Shown: one piece after another, positions 14,803 through 24,388 of the stretch
Numbering within the stretch: the first letter of the stretch is position 1
Layout: every line of letters begins with the position of its first letter
Virus record (IMG/VR): IMGVR_UViG_3300041405_000148
Location: 25,310 to 89,309 of that record
Length of the DNA: 64,000 nucleotides
From: a virus
Taxonomy: Duplodnaviria > Heunggongvirae > Uroviricota > Caudoviricetes
Reading direction: 5' to 3' (one strand)
Made by a program: the position numbers and the translations under genes
The notes under the pieces: model-generated
What the model saw: the letters and a program-made list of their open reading frames with translations, nothing else
What the model was told of the DNA's origin: nothing
The model's database searches: none

Positions 14803-16263
14803 TTAGAAATCGTAACGAGGTACGTTAACTAATGTTTTTACCACATTAACAGGATTCAGGTCTCCTGTCAACACCCCTTTCATCACTGAAGGAGAAAAAC
14901 CTGACACAAGAGCTACACCTTGGTCGTTGACCTGCACAGGAGAGTTCCCTAATTGCTTAGAGTGAACGTTCCAGAACACAATCTGAGGCATCTGATAACC
15001 CGCTACTTCATACTTCTGGCGAATCGCTTCAAAGTTAGTCACTTGAGGTGTCCGGTTATACCAGCTACCATAACCTCCTGTTGCTTGGTTGAACTCCATG
15101 TCAGAGACAATCAGGATTTTCGTAGGCATCTCATTTTCAGAAATACGATTACTGATTGCCAGGTCCAGAATCACATCGAAGGTCTTCTGAAGGTCAGTGC
15201 TGCCACCCCAAGAAGCCTGACGAACATAATTAACCTTCTGACCGATAGTCATTGAATCACTGACTTCAATGAAGTGCGGGTTGTCTTCAAAGGTGATCAT
15301 CTTGTTACGGAAGACACCAGTATTTCGCTCCGCAATATACAATCCGAGAGAGATTGCGACATCCATTGCTGAAGTCTCACCTGCTACGCGGCTTTCCATT
15401 GAACTTGACACGTCAACTACCGAAATCAAACGTTCGCTTGTCCCTTCCATATAATCAGGAAGAGCTTTCCATTGTGCGTTCGATACAGTCTGATCACCGT
15501 ACTTAACTGATTTAACGATATCATATGGATAAACTGCACCAGCATTAACTTTAGCAGAGCCATCGTCTTTAATCAATGCTTCTTTGTAAGCAGTATAACG
15601 ATCACTGTCTACACGATTAAATAAACGCTGATAACGTGAAGCAGCCAGAGAAGGAAGCTTGCTGTAATCAATCTCTGAGTAATCTTTTCGTGACAGCTTC
15701 TGTTCCACTGTATCAGAAAGAGTAGAAAGCATCTTATTGTACTCTTGGTAACTCAGTTTCATTGCTTTAGTTAATGTCTTGGCATAAACCTTATTTGCAG
15801 ATGTTGCATTTCCACGCATACGTGGCATCCACTTTGCAACTAATGCTGCACGAGATTTATCAGTCAATGCTTGAATGATAAAATCAATTGCCTCTGCCTG
15901 AACAGGTGTTCCGATAGCAGCCAGGATATCATCCCAACGACCAAGTTCTGGGATCTTGACAAGCAGACGCTTAGCCAACTCTGGATTTTGCATTGCAATA
16001 TTACGAAAAGTTTTACGGAAAATATTTCGCTCACCCATTCCACCGCGAACATCTCGTGAGTATAAAAGGATACGAACAGCTGTCTCTGCATCCTCATCAT
16101 AAGCTTTCCAAAACATATCTTCTGAAATAACAGAAGGATTGCTACGCAAAGAACCGATCTTAAAGAAAAGATCTACGTTAGCATTTAGTGAAGATTGATG
16201 AGTAACGGCACCGTTCAGCGTGACTTGAGTCTTAGTTTTGCTTGCATCAAACAGTTTGGACAT
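14803..16263 (-). CDS. DUF2828 TROVE/Ro60-like protein with vWA domain
   Basis: N-terminal NGA...SS, RD.RGGMGER, GRWDD, KWMPR helical region; MIDAS VVDVSSSM, GST, IVSDMEF. Confidence 0.85.
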   Translation of the reverse strand: MSKLFDASKTKTQVTLNGAVTHQSSLNANVDLFFKIGSLRSNPSVISEDMFWKAYDEDAETAVRILLYSRDVRGGMGERNIFRKTFRNIAMQNPELAKRLLVKIPELGRWDDILAAIGTPVQAEAIDFIIQALTDKSRAALVAKWMPRMRGNATSANKVYAKTLTKAMKLSYQEYNKMLSTLSDTVEQKLSRKDYSEIDYSKLPSLAASRYQRLFNRVDSDRYTAYKEALIKDDGSAKVNAGAVYPYDIVKSVKYGDQTVSNAQWKALPDYMEGTSERLISVVDVSSSMESRVAGETSAMDVAISLGLYIAERNTGVFRNKMITFEDNPHFIEVSDSMTIGQKVNYVRQASWGGSTDLQKTFDVILDLAISNRISENEMPTKILIVSDMEFNQATGGYGSWYNRTPQVTNFEAIRQKYEVAGYQMPQIVFWNVHSKQLGNSPVQVNDQGVALVSGFSPSVMKGVLTGDLNPVNVVKTLVNVPRYDF

Positions 16264-16300
16264 ACTTGTTCTCCTTTAATTGATATTTATTTCGTTGTGG

Positions 16301-16330
16301 ATACTATCAAAAGTTATGTATGCGTGTCAA
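16301..16330 (-). promoter_or_regulatory. Sigma70-like promoter
   Basis: TTGACA-18-TAGTAT upstream of Ro60-like gene. Confidence 0.6.
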
Positions 16331-16333
16331 GCA

Positions 16334-16606
16334 TTAATCAAAACTATTTTCATAACCACCTGAATTACCCAAATACAAATCACTTACAGCTTGATGTTCA
16401 TACTCTCTGTCAGAGTCCGATGTATCAAAAGCATAAGATGAGCATTTAGAGCAATAAGGTGATTCTTGTATCCCATTTTTAACATTATACGAGTTGTGAT
16501 TCAACATAGAGTCACACGCTCGACATCTAAAATAAAAATTATATTTTGGTTTAGTTTCGGTTTGCGGTAAATCAATACCGTCTTGTAAGTTTTGTTTGTT
16601 TTCCAT
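16334..16606 (-). CDS. Small Zn-ribbon protein (CxxC...CxxC)
   Basis: CRAC and CSKC. Confidence 0.65.
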   Translation of the reverse strand: MENKQNLQDGIDLPQTETKPKYNFYFRCRACDSMLNHNSYNVKNGIQESPYCSKCSSYAFDTSDSDREYEHQAVSDLYLGNSGGYENSFD

Positions 16607-16770
16607 TTAAGTTCCATAAAAAGGTTGAATTAATCTCCTCTTTATGATAAACCAAAACACATCCTTGTGTCAATTAACCAAAATTTTACTTGCTATTTAT
16701 AAAAGAATTCCTTTCCTCAACAGAGATTGTTGAAAAATAAAATTTAAATAAATCTCTCAACGTACCTCCA

Positions 16771-18474
16771 TTAAAGATATTTTTTAATCTCTTGTGAGAC
16801 ATTCTCACGGATCTCAACCAGACTCTGTTTACGAACAAGCTGACCATCTTTGAAAACAATCGCAAGTTCATTCTCCGGTGCAGAAATATCTTCGAATGAC
16901 AAACCATCTACCAGAAGATAATCTCCCTCAGAGTCTTTAACTACATTTAGGAAACCTTTAGCTGATTTCTTTTTAACATCCGTTTTAGGTTCTTTGCTTA
17001 CCAAGATCTCTTCACCATCAATGATAGAGCCTGTTGCTTTACAAGCAAAACCGAATGTGTCACGGGTACTGTAGTTGTAAGTATAACTACCGATACCGAA
17101 TACAATGTTGCTTGATGCAAAGCCTTTTGCTTCCAGGCGTTCAAAGATCTCAGTTGCGCGTTTCAAGGTGATTGAATCACCATAGATAACACCTACATGT
17201 GTGTCCAGAACTTTGTAACCTTTGGAGTTAACTTCACCACCAAAGATTCCCCAAAGCACTTCAACAGAACCTTTTGCTTCATGTTCAGGGATTTCATAAT
17301 CATAATCTGAATCTTCTGGTTCAGGGCAAGCAATAAACTTACCTTCATCTTGAATGAAGAAAGCTTCCCAAGATGAAATTGCATCAACATCCCAAGTGTT
17401 AAGTTCTTCTCTGGAACTTACTTCAACATAATTGTAACCTGCAACAACTTTAACTGGATCACCAGAGTCAGGACGGAATACCAGACGACCTTCACGAGCC
17501 ATGATCTCCTCTTTCAGTGCAGGCGCAATCTCAGTCAGAACACTCCAGTAATCATAGCTGTCAGCAACATAAGATGCAAATCCATTTGGATAAATCTGAG
17601 TAATGTAACTTTTTAAAAATGATTCTTCAGCCATGTGACGTTTAACATCAATTGACCATTCAGTTTTTGCTCCTGGAATCGTAGCTTCAGCTTTAGCAAT
17701 AATAGCGCCAATATTGGTTGTTGCAACAGAATGCTCAGAAGCTGGGATTGAACCTGCCACAAAAGTTTCTTCACCATCGTAAAAATCTTCAGCGTACTGG
17801 ATTGCCAGAACAGTATCAGTACCTTTGAAGCTCAGGATGTGACCGAAGCTTGAGCCATAACCGTCATAAATGCCAGATAGACCACGGAATGCAAAGTCAT
17901 GACCCTGGAAGTCAACATGTAGATTGTTGTCACAGGTTTTCTCAGCGTAACGTTCAAACAACAGACGGTAGTTAAAAGCTGTAGTTGCGTTAGTGATGAC
18001 TTTCCAAGTTTCTGCTGAAAGTGCAGACTCAAAATAATTTGTCAGCCATGCAAAGCGATCATCTGTGTTGTGAACAGTGTAAATTGGAACTTGAATTGGA
18101 CACAGTGTACCTTCTGGAAGACAACGGATTTCCAAAGGCAGATATCCCAGATCGTGAAGTTCTTCAATATGTGTAACATCCAGGTCTACGTTCAGAGATT
18201 TATCTACCAAACGTTTGTACTGAGAAACAACTTTGTCTTTGGCTTGGTTAAAGAAACCTTCGTTCCACATATCCATAATAAATGATTGAACAACACCTTG
18301 TACACCTGCTACCAGGACCGCATGCGGGGCATCAGGAACATAATGTTGAAAAAGTTTATCAGCCCGTGGAGTAAAGTTACTGAAAATCAAAGTTGTCAGT
18401 GGGTTATACTGGTTAATATGCCCGATCTTGTAAAAGTCCGTTGAAAACAGTGGGTTAGGTTTACGGCTCATCAT
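16771..18474 (-). CDS. NAMPT-family protein (probable NARP1 Namat)
   Basis: STDFYK, HDFAFRG, SIPASEHS, ADSYD, FRPDSGDP, KKSAKG motifs. Confidence 0.9.
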   Translation of the reverse strand: MMSRKPNPLFSTDFYKIGHINQYNPLTTLIFSNFTPRADKLFQHYVPDAPHAVLVAGVQGVVQSFIMDMWNEGFFNQAKDKVVSQYKRLVDKSLNVDLDVTHIEELHDLGYLPLEIRCLPEGTLCPIQVPIYTVHNTDDRFAWLTNYFESALSAETWKVITNATTAFNYRLLFERYAEKTCDNNLHVDFQGHDFAFRGLSGIYDGYGSSFGHILSFKGTDTVLAIQYAEDFYDGEETFVAGSIPASEHSVATTNIGAIIAKAEATIPGAKTEWSIDVKRHMAEESFLKSYITQIYPNGFASYVADSYDYWSVLTEIAPALKEEIMAREGRLVFRPDSGDPVKVVAGYNYVEVSSREELNTWDVDAISSWEAFFIQDEGKFIACPEPEDSDYDYEIPEHEAKGSVEVLWGIFGGEVNSKGYKVLDTHVGVIYGDSITLKRATEIFERLEAKGFASSNIVFGIGSYTYNYSTRDTFGFACKATGSIIDGEEILVSKEPKTDVKKKSAKGFLNVVKDSEGDYLLVDGLSFEDISAPENELAIVFKDGQLVRKQSLVEIRENVSQEIKKYL

Positions 18475-18522
18475 TAAACTCCTTATATAAAGTGGTCTTT
18501 GACCCCTTAAACAGTTTTAAAA

Positions 18523-19389
18523 TTAATTGGAAGAAGGTACGTCTTTCAGGATACTTTTTGTATTACGACCTTCAACATTGAAAGACCATGTGTTTCGGCT
18601 GTAAACATTATCGATCACACCATCAAAGATGTCAACACCTTTACTGAAAATTCCGTGTGTGATGTAAAGATCTACCTGAACTGCACCTTTCTCACGAAGT
18701 GCTTTAGCCAATGGGATGAACGTACCCCCAGCGTCGATCAGATCATCTACAATAAGAACTTTGCGACCATTAACATCATCATACACTTTAGTCTCAATGA
18801 TTTTTCCATCTTTTGTATCACGAATTTTATCTGCTTTGATAATATCAACACCACCCAATGCCTGAGAAAGTTTCAGAACTTTCTTCTGAGACCCTGCGTC
18901 AGGTGAGACCAGAGCAATATTTTCACTCTTAATATGGTCACCAAGCAGAGCAACAACAATCTCATGCTGAGACCGAGATGCAACATTATCAATAAGCGCC
19001 GGGGAAACATCTGAGTGAGGGTCTTCCACCAAGACACGATTGAATCCAGCGGTGTTCAGAAGTGTTGCATAAACAGCTGCTGATAAAGCTTCACCTTCTT
19101 CACAAGCTCTGTCCTGACGAGCTGCTGGAATGTAAGGCATTTCCAGCAGCAGGCTACTTGAACCCGGAAGGAAAGCAGGTAGACGTTTAATCGCGTCAGC
19201 TAAGAGTAAAGTCGTAAGAAAACTCTCTGCTGAAGTAATGTATGCATAAATGTTAGCAGATGAGATAAGCTCATCAATCTCAGAAACATTTTTGATCTTC
19301 ACATGACACTCGCCACCTGAAAATGTGAACATATCCAGTTCAAGGGTGATCTCTTTACCTGTAGCTGTTATAATCACTGACTTAATCAT
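18523..19389 (-). CDS. Ribose-phosphate pyrophosphokinase-like (probable NARP1 Adps)
   Basis: FSGGE, PYIPAARQDR, DPHS, VSPDAG, LIVDDLIDAGGTF, THGIFS. Confidence 0.9.
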   Translation of the reverse strand: MIKSVIITATGKEITLELDMFTFSGGECHVKIKNVSEIDELISSANIYAYITSAESFLTTLLLADAIKRLPAFLPGSSSLLLEMPYIPAARQDRACEEGEALSAAVYATLLNTAGFNRVLVEDPHSDVSPALIDNVASRSQHEIVVALLGDHIKSENIALVSPDAGSQKKVLKLSQALGGVDIIKADKIRDTKDGKIIETKVYDDVNGRKVLIVDDLIDAGGTFIPLAKALREKGAVQVDLYITHGIFSKGVDIFDGVIDNVYSRNTWSFNVEGRNTKSILKDVPSSN

Positions 19390-19397
19390 AATTTCTC

Positions 19398-20897
19398 CTA
19401 TTTAAAATAATAATCGTAAACTGACTTGTATGAAAGTGGATCATACGGATTAAACTTCAGCATGTCAACAGGAAATTCAATTCCATGCAGGTATCCAGGG
19501 TTTTCTTCAATGATCTTAAACAGCTCTAGGTCATGGTCACAAACAAAGTCAACCCCGTTTAGTCTTGAGATAATCAGGTCTGCTAAGAAAACCTGCATCA
19601 TATCTTGAATTTTTCCATTTGCAAAAGAATAATGTTGATCGAACTCCCAAGTTGGGACTACTTTTAAGCTAGTTGGAGCAACTTCCTCAGAACTTTCAAC
19701 AACCAGATCCTCAAAACACGTAACATGCCTTGAACTTCTTCCTTTGTTCAGACCTAACGTTGAGACTCTTTTCCCATCTTTCTTTATTGAGTACACAAGG
19801 TATTCACCCTGAGCAACATTACCTGCATAGCTGCCTACACAATGGCGCATCTCAACACCCTCTTGGTGGATCGCATACCGAGAGTCTAACAACTCAATTT
19901 CGTAACTGCCAACTTTGAGATATTTATCCTCAATAGAGTCAAGACATTTGATAGGTTCTGGTGAATACATTTGTTCATTTATCTTCTGTGTAAACAAATC
20001 ATGCACCTTTTCAAAACTGTCAATGTCATATTTCCAAATGTTAAACTTAACTCCCAGTTGGTCTGCCATACGTTTTGTATCGATGATTTTTGTCATCTTG
20101 TTCCTTGCTATACGAATAACAGCACTAGTAACATGACACATCGGGACGGATGAAATTATATTTTTATTAACAAAATCATAACCATAATCAGATTTCCAAT
20201 ATTTCCTAAAATGCATAAAAAGTTTATTTGCAAGCAATGTGCTTGGAATTTTCTCTAATTCTAAAAGGATCTCTCTGAGTCCATCATCTAAACTAGATAA
20301 ACCTAAAGAAAAACAATCAGTATAATCATCCAAAGCTTTTACAAGCAAATTATTTCTATGGAAGCTGTTTTTGCACAACCTCTTCCAGAGAGACTTACCA
20401 AAGTTATCTCTTAACTCTTTTGGATTTTTCTTCATACAAAAAACCCAAGGAAGAATGTTTTTTAAATTGTCATTTAGTGTCTCACGAAGAAGAGGTTCAG
20501 TTTTAACTACATCCTGGAATCTTCCCGCTGAGACCATCCCTCCACGACCTCGTGCAAGGAGATCAACAAGGTCTAACCTTGGTTGGACTTTAGTATAAAA
20601 TTCAGCTGCATTCCAAAGCTTAAGAGCTTTTGAAGGAGTACAACCAAGGATCTCTGAACACTTCTGATAAAAATTTTTGTGATAAAGTTTACGATCAGCT
20701 TGCTCTTGAGCATACACATGAGCATCTCGAAACTGTTCTTTGCTTAGTACTCTTGATAAAAAATCATTCAGCAATGGTGACCCACCTCTAACTCTGTGCG
20801 GAAACCTGTTTTTCGTGAAGAACACAACATTGTCCGCACTTGAACTCATCTTACCAAAGCTAACCTTGCCTTCTTCTGAAACTCTTAGATTGATCAT
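19398..20897 (-). CDS. PcfJ-like domain protein
   Basis: EGVEMRHCVGSY motif near C-terminus. Confidence 0.65.
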   Translation of the reverse strand: MINLRVSEEGKVSFGKMSSSADNVVFFTKNRFPHRVRGGSPLLNDFLSRVLSKEQFRDAHVYAQEQADRKLYHKNFYQKCSEILGCTPSKALKLWNAAEFYTKVQPRLDLVDLLARGRGGMVSAGRFQDVVKTEPLLRETLNDNLKNILPWVFCMKKNPKELRDNFGKSLWKRLCKNSFHRNNLLVKALDDYTDCFSLGLSSLDDGLREILLELEKIPSTLLANKLFMHFRKYWKSDYGYDFVNKNIISSVPMCHVTSAVIRIARNKMTKIIDTKRMADQLGVKFNIWKYDIDSFEKVHDLFTQKINEQMYSPEPIKCLDSIEDKYLKVGSYEIELLDSRYAIHQEGVEMRHCVGSYAGNVAQGEYLVYSIKKDGKRVSTLGLNKGRSSRHVTCFEDLVVESSEEVAPTSLKVVPTWEFDQHYSFANGKIQDMMQVFLADLIISRLNGVDFVCDHDLELFKIIEENPGYLHGIEFPVDMLKFNPYDPLSYKSVYDYYFK

Positions 20898-20936
20898 TTT
20901 TTCTCCTATGTAATTTAATTCTACTTAACCTAAAAT

Positions 20937-20965
20937 ATACTACCAAACCACCTACACCTTGTCTA
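20937..20965 (-). promoter_or_regulatory. Leftward promoter
   Basis: TAGACA-17-TAGTAT. Confidence 0.6.
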
Positions 20966-21252
20966 GAACCTGGCACATTGAAATTTACAACAAAAAAGAC
21001 TTGACAAAATAAATTTTTGTGTTATTTTAAAGATCTTTATAGAACATGAACGGAGGTCGAAGACCGGAGTGAATGTTCTATTTCTTTTTGTTTTTATTCT
21101 TTTTGGTTTTGTTTTTTATTAAGTTATTTAATAAATTATTATAAAACGTAGTGACTAATAATTTATATGTGTTTGTTTTTAAAAATTTATATACTAGATA
21201 TAACATAGATCTCTATAGTAAAAACCTTAGGTTAAGTGTTCTCGATCTAGAG

Positions 21253-21513
21253 TTAGTACTCTGCTTTCTGAGTTTCCATAGGATTGTAGATACCATAACA
21301 CATGTGATCATACAACACTGGCATATCTACCTCAGTCATCAAGACAACTCCCCACCTGTCCTCCTTTTCCACATCCTCTATGCGGATACCTTCACTCTTG
21401 TGTTTATGGAACTCACTCACATTACCACCTGTAAAATCAGACTTAGGTGTTAAGTCAGCTCTTCTCTCTTGCAAACTAAAAATTAACTTCAAAATGTTAG
21501 ATTTCTTTTTCAT
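21253..21513 (-). CDS. Hypothetical protein (86 aa, MKKKSN...)
   Basis: GGAGG SD before ATG at 21513. Confidence 0.6.
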   Translation of the reverse strand: MKKKSNILKLIFSLQERRADLTPKSDFTGGNVSEFHKHKSEGIRIEDVEKEDRWGVVLMTEVDMPVLYDHMCYGIYNPMETQKAEY

Positions 21514-21582
21514 AATTCCTCCTGATAAGAATAGTGCTAAGATATACCAAGCATAAAAGCCTGTCAAACTCTTTCTGAGGGC

Positions 21583-21611
21583 TTGACAAAGTAAACCTAA
21601 GCGATGATACT
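21583..21611 (+). promoter_or_regulatory. Rightward promoter at strand switch
   Basis: TTGACA-17-GATACT. Confidence 0.7.
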
Positions 21612-21635
21612 CCTGAATCAAGAAAACGTCTTAGA

Positions 21636-21848
21636 ATGCGAAACAGGAGGTCTCAGATGGGTATAAAGAAGCGTAACAGGATGCGGAACCAAGAATCTGA
21701 CAAATCCTTGTGGTGGTGTGGTTGTGATCGTGAGTTGACAAGTGATGTGAACGTGTGTAGGATGTGTGGACAGAAACGTAAGCATCTCAATAAAAAGTTG
21801 AAGAATGCAAATTTTGATGAAAAGACGGAGTTAGATTTAGATGACTGA
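21636..21848 (+). CDS. Small Cys-rich basic protein
   Basis: CGC...CRMC; likely start at 21657 after AGGAGG. Confidence 0.6.
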   Translation: MRNRRSQMGIKKRNRMRNQESDKSLWWCGCDRELTSDVNVCRMCGQKRKHLNKKLKNANFDEKTELDLDD

Positions 21849-22146
21849 ATTTGAGACTATCATGGAAGCCAATACAAAACCTGCGCGTACACGCCGTAAA
21901 CCGCCTATGGAGCCAAAAGAACGTTTATTCCTTGATAGGGTACGGGATGTGAGGTTATCGCTTCTGGATGGCTTACAAACGCTTGTGGTGGTGTCTCATC
22001 ATAGAGCTTTTGAAGATATCTTTGTGCAATACACACCTTCAATGAAGCTCTATGCAAAAAAGAGCACTTTAGTGATAAAAACTATTGACGAAGTGACAGC
22101 AGAAGATTTAGACTCATGGAACTTCATTGAACTGGATAAGGATTAA
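21841..22146 (+). CDS. Hypothetical protein
   Basis: Overlapping operonic ORF. Confidence 0.65.
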   Translation: MTEFETIMEANTKPARTRRKPPMEPKERLFLDRVRDVRLSLLDGLQTLVVVSHHRAFEDIFVQYTPSMKLYAKKSTLVIKTIDEVTAEDLDSWNFIELDKD

Positions 22147-22148
22147 TC

Positions 22149-22448
22149 ATGAAAGAAAATTTTTTGCAACATCAAATTGGGTTCATTCAAGAGACAGTGA
22201 AAACGTTGTCTGAGTTCTTTGAGGAACCAGTAACAGTAGAATTTTTGGATTATCATCTCTTTGCTGTAGCTGTTTTTGATTGTGATTCAGACCAGATGAT
22301 CTCTGTTGTTAAGAAGAGGTTGTTTAATTGGCAACTGGAGAACACACCACATTGGAATGAGAAACTTATTAGGATCACAGATCAGGAGGGTAAATGTCTC
22401 TTAGATTCGACGGCCCAGAGCCAACAAATTATGATTTTACAGTTCTAA
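22149..22448 (+). CDS. Hypothetical protein
   Basis: Operonic ORF with SD. Confidence 0.65.
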   Translation: MKENFLQHQIGFIQETVKTLSEFFEEPVTVEFLDYHLFAVAVFDCDSDQMISVVKKRLFNWQLENTPHWNEKLIRITDQEGKCLLDSTAQSQQIMILQF

Positions 22449-22684
22449 CAGAGATCTTAGAGGAAGATTATGCTGGCGTTCGTAGTACATACGACATCCT
22501 GGTAGAACTCCTACAAGACCTTCCACCAGAGAAGAAATTAGCTTTTAGTATAGTTCATACACATTTGCAAGAAGCTAAAATGGCTTTGGAGATTGCAAGC
22601 AAAGAACTTTATGATGTAAACTTTAGTTTAAACAATCACATAGACTACAAATGGGAGGCTGATGATGACAACAAAGAAAGTTAA
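22394..22684 (+). CDS. Hypothetical protein
   Basis: AGGAGG SD. Confidence 0.6.
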   Translation: MSLRFDGPEPTNYDFTVLTEILEEDYAGVRSTYDILVELLQDLPPEKKLAFSIVHTHLQEAKMALEIASKELYDVNFSLNNHIDYKWEADDDNKES

Positions 22685-23066
22685 AGATCTAAGAGGTAAA
22701 GAACTTGATATGGCTATGGCGATTGCGCTTGGTTTTGAAATGAAGTTATCAGCCTTTGGTACGTGGCGCTGGTATACCTTTGGAAATGAAAAATACCCAG
22801 CTTTTTACAATAGTGACGTGGAAAATTTTCATCCAACAAAAGATTGGAAGTTTATGGGAACACTCATTGATGAGCATGGTATTGAATTTAAGTGGGTTTC
22901 AGATGCGACAGTGGAATGTTATTCCCATACTTTAACTGAGTATCATGCTGTTGGTCATTCACATCTGGAAGCGGCATGTAGATTACTTGTGCTCAGCTTT
23001 GTTGGTGAAGAGATTGAGATCCCTGTGGAGGTTATGGAGGCTTACAATGGCAAAAGCACCAGCTAA
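22662..23066 (+). CDS. DUF2591/NinX-like phage protein
   Basis: L.G.ELD.AMA.ALG ... FHPTKDW..G.LI..HGI pattern. Confidence 0.65.
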   Translation: MMTTKKVKDLRGKELDMAMAIALGFEMKLSAFGTWRWYTFGNEKYPAFYNSDVENFHPTKDWKFMGTLIDEHGIEFKWVSDATVECYSHTLTEYHAVGHSHLEAACRLLVLSFVGEEIEIPVEVMEAYNGKSTS

Positions 23067-23142
23067 GAAACGTGCTCCAGCTAAATCAAAGGCTAAGTCA
23101 ACCATAAAAGCTCCTGTAAAACCAAAGTTTGATGGAGGTTAA
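23047..23142 (+). CDS. 31-aa basic peptide MAKAPAKKRAPAKSKAK...
   Basis: GGAGG SD before ATG at 23047. Confidence 0.55.
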   Translation: MAKAPAKKRAPAKSKAKSTIKAPVKPKFDGG

Positions 23143-23919
23143 ATGAAAATTAAGATAGGACAAAATTTTGAATCAAAACAAGGGGATTCTTTTACAGTTA
23201 TTTCTAAATGCCGTGAAATTTACGGTAACAAACTTGAAACTATTTATTACGTAAAATTTAACCATGAAAACACACCAAAAAATTTTCTAGTTAGGACAAT
23301 TGGGTCTTCCATACTTAAAGGTATTGTTGAAAATCCATATTACCCCAGTTTTCATGGCGTGGCTTTCAAAGGTGACACGAAAACCTCTTGCATTAGAAGT
23401 CAAGCGGGAAAGGTTTGGTGTCAAATGATAGAAAGATGCTTTAACATGAAGGTAAAGGAAAAGAATCCCACTTACAGGGAAAGTTTATGTTGTAGTGAAT
23501 GGTTAAACTTTAGTTTATTTGAGCAATGGTACAACTCTAAAAATGTGCCAGAAGGTTACAAAATTTCTTTGGACAAAGATGCAAAAATAAAGGGTAACAA
23601 AACCTATTCACCTGAGACATGTTGTTTGGTTCCTAGATATTTTAATTCACTTTTTACGAAATCTGATGCGTCTAGAGGTAGATTTATGATAGGCGTAAGT
23701 TATCATAAAAGATTGAATAAATTCAAATCTAGTGTTAGCTATCTTAACAAAAGTAAACATTTAGGCTACTTCAATACTGAAAGGGAAGCTTTTTTAGTGT
23801 ATAAATTTGAGAAGGAAAAGATCATTAAAGAAGAGGCCGATAAGATATTTAAGCTTGGTTTTATCTCTAAATCAGAGTATGAGCAAATACTTACTTATGA
23901 GGTTAATGAGTATGATTAA
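23143..23919 (+). mobile_element. Free-standing HNH/AP2 homing endonuclease
   Basis: W..MIERC, CSEWLNF..F..W, LDKD...KGNKTYSPETC; AP2-like GV.Y.KR...HLGYF. Confidence 0.85.
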
Positions 23920-24187
23920 AAAGGTTAATACTAAAAAGTTTGACAAAGAGGCTTTTGTCTTTGATACACCTGTTGAAGAGATTGAAAAAGCACTGCAACG
24001 TTTGGAAGAGCAAGAAGCTGACCCTATGGCTGATCCACTTACAAAAGACCAGATCTATTACTGGGTTGTCTGGCTTAACTCCTTACCAGATGCAAAGAAA
24101 AGGGGAATGACTCATGTTCCCACTTGTGCTATAGAAAATGCTGTGTTAGGATTATACGATAAATCCACGAAGAGGAAATCCAAATGA
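23912..24187 (+). CDS. Hypothetical protein (MIKKVNTKKFD...)
   Basis: GAGG SD; start overlaps endonuclease stop. Confidence 0.65.
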   Translation: MIKKVNTKKFDKEAFVFDTPVEEIEKALQRLEEQEADPMADPLTKDQIYYWVVWLNSLPDAKKRGMTHVPTCAIENAVLGLYDKSTKRKSK

Positions 24188-24387
24188 AAGTACAATTTAA
24201 AGAGTTTAATCACAAAGGTATAACGTTTTTAGCAACAGGCTTTATTTATTATAATAACAACACTGACCTTCCTTACGTTGCACAACGTGCAGATGGCAAA
24301 GAGGAGTATTTTCATTCTTATAGTGAGGCTCTTGAATTCATTGGTGAAGGTCTTAATAAACCTACAGCTTGGACAATTGGAGACTAA
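24184..24387 (+). CDS. Hypothetical protein
   Basis: ATGA overlap. Confidence 0.65.
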   Translation: MKVQFKEFNHKGITFLATGFIYYNNNTDLPYVAQRADGKEEYFHSYSEALEFIGEGLNKPTAWTIGD

Positions 24388-24388
24388 A

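Noticed and set aside
16686-16907. 73-aa minus-strand ORF overlapping the NAMPT-like 3' end
   Set aside because: Mostly overlap; only a 24-codon TTG-start tail (16686-16760) has an SD, too weak to call.
6620-20780. Other TTCAGCAA/TTGCTGAA matches (about 6622, 15366, 20767)
   Set aside because: Inside coding sequence and without the flanking bulged stem.
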